32,000 bases of DNA from Bacillus subtilis subsp. subtilis str. 168 (GTDB taxonomy: Bacteria > Bacillota > Bacilli > Bacillales > Bacillaceae): contig NC_000964.3 of NCBI RefSeq assembly GCF_000009045.1, positions 1,410,001 to 1,442,000 of the forward strand, written 5' to 3'. The translations under genes and the position numbers were made by a program. Positions 29,279-32,000 of this stretch are shown in pieces; within the stretch, counting starts at the first letter, position 1, and every line of letters starts with the position of its first letter. The notes beneath the pieces were generated by a model. The model was not told the DNA's origin and did not search any database. It worked only from the letters and a program-made list of their open reading frames with translations.

Positions 29279-29312
29279 AGAGGTTCTAGCTACACCCTCT
29301 ATAAAAAACTAA
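29279..29312 (+). promoter_or_regulatory. preQ1-I riboswitch aptamer.
   Basis: AGAGGTTCTAGCTACACCCTCTATAAAAAACTAA, the 34-nt minimal preQ1 aptamer as I recall it. It lies upstream of queCDEF. Confidence 0.9.
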
Positions 29313-29318
29313 GGACGA

Positions 29319-29345
29319 GCTGTATCCTTGGATACGGCCTTTTTT
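29319..29345 (+). terminator. Riboswitch expression-platform terminator.
   Basis: GCTGTATC-cttg-GATACGGC (8 bp including one G-U), then C and T6. Confidence 0.6.
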
Positions 29346-29359
29346 ATGTTTTTCTAGAG

Positions 29360-29385
29360 CACCTTCCGAAAAAAGGTGTTTTTTT
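29360..29385 (+). terminator. Second terminator-like hairpin in the queC leader.
   Basis: CACCTT-ccgaaaa-AAGGTG followed by T7, about 60 nt before the queC ATG. Confidence 0.45.
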
Positions 29386-29447
29386 GCGTGAATTAGCTGT
29401 AGCGATGTCTCTCGCCGGCGTTTTTATTGCGGAGAAGGAGAGGAATC

Positions 29448-30107
29448 ATGAAAAAAGAAAAAGCAATTGTCGTATTTAGCGGCGGTCAAGACAGCACAAC
29501 ATGCTTACTGTGGGCCTTAAAAGAATTCGAAGAAGTCGAAACGGTGACTTTTCATTATAATCAGCGACATTCGCAGGAAGTTGAAGTGGCAAAATCCATT
29601 GCGGAAAAGCTTGGTGTGAAAAATCATTTGCTTGATATGTCACTTTTAAATCAGCTTGCACCGAATGCCCTGACTAGAAATGATATTGAGATAGAAGTAA
29701 AAGACGGCGAACTGCCATCCACATTCGTTCCAGGCCGCAATTTGGTATTCTTATCCTTTGCGTCTATCCTGGCTTACCAAATTGGCGCGCGCCACATTAT
29801 TACAGGAGTTTGCGAGACAGACTTCAGTGGTTATCCTGACTGCCGTGACGAATTCGTGAAATCTTGCAATGTCACGGTAAATCTGGCAATGGAGAAGCCG
29901 TTTGTGATCCACACGCCTCTCATGTGGCTCAATAAGGCGGAAACGTGGAAGCTTGCAGATGAGCTTGGCGCGCTGGATTTTGTGAAAAACAACACGCTGA
30001 CATGCTATAACGGCATCATCGCAGACGGCTGCGGCGAATGTCCGGCATGTCACCTTCGTTCAAAAGGTTATGAAGAATATATGGTGATGAAAGGAGAGCG
30101 TGCATAA
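29448..30107 (+). CDS. queC: 7-cyano-7-deazaguanine (preQ0) synthase (219 aa; start [10 protein letters not shown]).
   Basis: PP-loop SGGQDST. C-terminal Zn cluster CYNG...CGECPAC. SD GAAGGAGAGG. Confidence 0.95.
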   Translation: MKKEKAIVVFSGGQDSTTCLLWALKEFEEVETVTFHYNQRHSQEVEVAKSIAEKLGVKNHLLDMSLLNQLAPNALTRNDIEIEVKDGELPSTFVPGRNLVFLSFASILAYQIGARHIITGVCETDFSGYPDCRDEFVKSCNVTVNLAMEKPFVIHTPLMWLNKAETWKLADELGALDFVKNNTLTCYNGIIADGCGECPACHLRSKGYEEYMVMKGERA

Positions 30108-30108
30108 A

Positions 30109-30549
30109 TTGTTATCTCAAATTTATCCGCAGGCCCAGCATCCTTATTCGTTTGAACTGAATAAGGACATGCATATCTCAGCCGCTCATTTTATCCCTCG
30201 GGAAAGTGCGGGAGCGTGCAGCAGGGTTCACGGGCATACGTATACCGTAAATATAACCGTTGCCGGCGACGAACTTGACGATTCAGGCTTTCTTGTCAAT
30301 TTCAGCGTACTCAAAAAACTGGTGCACGGAAACTATGATCACACGCTATTAAATGATCATGAAGATTTTTCTCAGGACGACCGGTATTCGCTGCCGACAA
30401 CTGAAGTCGTGGCGAAAACGATTTATGACAACGTACAGGCTTATTTAGACACTTTGGAGAATAAGCCGACCTGTGTACAGGTGTTTGTCCGTGAAACACC
30501 GACAAGCTACTGTGTCTACCGTCCGAAAAAGGGTGGTTTGAATGGCTAA
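30109..30549 (+). CDS. queD: 6-carboxy-5,6,7,8-tetrahydropterin synthase (PTPS family). The start is ambiguous: TTG 30109 is preferred, and GTG 30100 lies only 1 nt after the SD.
   Basis: PTPS His motifs (HISAAHF, VHGHTY). GGAGAG SD at 30093-30098. Confidence 0.88.
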   Translation: MLSQIYPQAQHPYSFELNKDMHISAAHFIPRESAGACSRVHGHTYTVNITVAGDELDDSGFLVNFSVLKKLVHGNYDHTLLNDHEDFSQDDRYSLPTTEVVAKTIYDNVQAYLDTLENKPTCVQVFVRETPTSYCVYRPKKGGLNG

Positions 30550-31273
30550 AGGAATTCCTGTATTAGAAATTTTCGGCCCGACGATTCAAGGAGAAGGCAT
30601 GGTGATCGGACAGAAAACGATGTTCGTCCGGACAGCCGGCTGCGATTATTCCTGCAGCTGGTGTGACTCCGCTTTCACTTGGGACGGGTCTGCTAAAAAA
30701 GATATTCGCTGGATGACGGCGGAGGAGATTTTTGCGGAGCTTAAGGACATTGGGGGAGATGCGTTTTCTCATGTGACGATCTCAGGCGGCAACCCGGCTC
30801 TGTTAAAACAGCTGGATGCTTTTATTGAACTGCTGAAGGAAAATAACATCCGTGCAGCGCTTGAAACTCAAGGGACCGTTTATCAGGATTGGTTTACGCT
30901 GATTGATGACCTGACAATTTCTCCAAAACCGCCAAGCTCAAAAATGGTAACGAACTTTCAAAAGCTTGACCACATTTTAACTTCACTTCAAGAGAATGAT
31001 AGACAGCATGCTGTCAGCTTGAAGGTTGTCATCTTTAATGATGAAGATCTGGAATTTGCCAAAACTGTGCACAAGCGGTATCCGGGAATCCCGTTTTATT
31101 TACAAGTCGGAAATGATGACGTGCATACGACAGATGATCAGTCACTGATTGCACATTTGCTTGGAAAATATGAAGCGCTTGTTGATAAGGTAGCTGTCGA
31201 TGCGGAGCTGAATCTCGTCAGAGTGCTCCCGCAGCTGCACACCCTGTTATGGGGCAACAAACGCGGAGTATAA
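30542..31273 (+). CDS. queE: Radical-SAM 7-carboxy-7-deazaguanine synthase.
   Basis: CDYSCSWC cluster motif. 8-nt overlap with queD. Confidence 0.95.
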   Translation: MAKGIPVLEIFGPTIQGEGMVIGQKTMFVRTAGCDYSCSWCDSAFTWDGSAKKDIRWMTAEEIFAELKDIGGDAFSHVTISGGNPALLKQLDAFIELLKENNIRAALETQGTVYQDWFTLIDDLTISPKPPSSKMVTNFQKLDHILTSLQENDRQHAVSLKVVIFNDEDLEFAKTVHKRYPGIPFYLQVGNDDVHTTDDQSLIAHLLGKYEALVDKVAVDAELNLVRVLPQLHTLLWGNKRGV

Positions 31274-31290
31274 TAGAAAGGAAGATGAAC

Positions 31291-31788
31291 ATGACGACAA
31301 GAAAAGAATCAGAATTAGAAGGTGTAACATTGCTAGGCAATCAAGGTACAAATTATTTGTTCGAATATGCACCGGACGTGCTGGAATCCTTCCCTAATAA
31401 ACATGTAAACCGTGATTACTTTGTAAAATTCAATTGCCCGGAATTCACATCTTTATGTCCTAAAACAGGCCAGCCTGACTTTGCGACAATCTACATCAGC
31501 TACATTCCTGATGAAAAAATGGTTGAAAGCAAATCATTAAAGCTGTATCTATTCAGCTTCAGAAACCATGGTGACTTCCACGAGGACTGCATGAATATCA
31601 TCATGAACGACTTGATTGAATTAATGGACCCGCGCTACATTGAAGTATGGGGCAAATTCACGCCAAGAGGCGGAATTTCCATTGATCCGTACACAAACTA
31701 CGGAAAGCCTGGCACGAAGTATGAGAAAATGGCCGAATACCGTATGATGAACCATGATTTGTATCCGGAGACAATTGATAATCGTTAA
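31291..31788 (+). CDS. queF: NADPH-dependent preQ0 reductase (165 aa; start [10 protein letters not shown]).
   Basis: QueF motif [17 protein letters not shown] and catalytic Cys. SD GAAAGGAAG before ATG 31291. Confidence 0.95.
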   Translation: MTTRKESELEGVTLLGNQGTNYLFEYAPDVLESFPNKHVNRDYFVKFNCPEFTSLCPKTGQPDFATIYISYIPDEKMVESKSLKLYLFSFRNHGDFHEDCMNIIMNDLIELMDPRYIEVWGKFTPRGGISIDPYTNYGKPGTKYEKMAEYRMMNHDLYPETIDNR

Positions 31789-31798
31789 TTATTCCGTT

Positions 31799-31980
31799 GT
31801 GTGATACGGAGTGTAAAAGGAAGTGGAGTCACAGTAAAATCCGAACATTCAGCGTTAATTTTCAGCGGAAATGTGACCTGGTCACAGCGAAGTGTGACCC
31901 GCACTAAGCTCAATAAAAGTGGGAAAAGTCACACCTGAAAATGGCTCTACTCATGGGAATTGTATTAAAAAGTGTGACCT
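31799..31980. repeat. Cluster of TGTGAC(C)/(G)GTCACA heptamer copies in both orientations, including the palindrome TGTGACC-T-GGTCACA.
   Basis: GTGTGAT 31799-31805, GTCACA 31828-31833, and TGTGACCTGGTCACA 31872-31886. Also GTGTGACC 31892-31899, GTCACAC 31928-31934 and GTGTGACC 31972-31979. Confidence 0.6.
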
Positions 31981-32000
31981 GAGGTGCAACCTGAACTGTG

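Noticed and set aside
29243-29479. 78-aa ORF spanning the queC leader.
   Set aside because: It covers the preQ1 aptamer and both terminator hairpins, has no SD, and runs out of frame into queC.
31855-31872. TAATTTTCAGCGGAAAT as a CodY box.
   Set aside because: Only the left half matches AATTTTCWGAAAATT. The right half is disrupted (GCGG).
31872-31886. TGTGA-N5-TCACA read as an Fnr/Crp-family site.
   Set aside because: The Fnr/Crp consensus is TGTGA-N6-TCACA; this palindrome has a 5-nt centre. It also lies at a gene 3' end. It is kept only as part of the repeat-cluster finding.

Overview
This window looks like a core-chromosome segment of Bacillus subtilis (168-like), running ykoX to queF. 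I recognised it from the translated ORFs and leader RNAs by memory; no database search was possible. The gene order I can support is: ykoX(partial)-[Mn riboswitch]-ykoY, sigI-rsgI, sspD(-), ykrK(-), htpX, ktrD, two tiny charged ORFs (ykzP/ykzE), ykrP(-), kinE-ogt, the methionine-salvage cluster, ykvA(-), spo0E, eag, kinD(-), mhqR, motAB(-), clpE(-), ykvI, and [preQ1 riboswitch]-queCDEF. The methionine-salvage cluster is mtnA/mtnK(-) behind an S-box, mtnU(-), mtnE, then an S-box leading mtnWXBD. Many track ORFs carry spurious 5' extensions. I re-set those starts using Shine-Dalgarno position. There are four riboswitches in 32 kb (yybP-ykoY, 2x SAM-I, preQ1-I). Other regulatory elements are a five-site CtsR operator array with two promoter copies upstream of clpE, a sigma-D promoter for motAB, a sigma-I promoter for sigI and a sigma-G-type promoter for sspD. 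I see no rRNA, tRNA, CRISPR array, transposase/integrase, prophage or defence-island signature. I do not find convincing evidence for a new multi-gene system. The items most worth a second look are small. They are a TGTGAC(C)/GTCACA repeat cluster with a perfect 15-bp palindrome in the non-coding tail after queF, which is cut by the window end. There are two SD-led micro-ORFs in supposedly empty intergenic regions (after ogt; between clpE and motA). There is an 11-bp perfect inverted repeat bracketing the divergent ykrK/htpX promoters, a second terminator-like hairpin in the queC leader, and an enlarged S-box upstream of mtnK.
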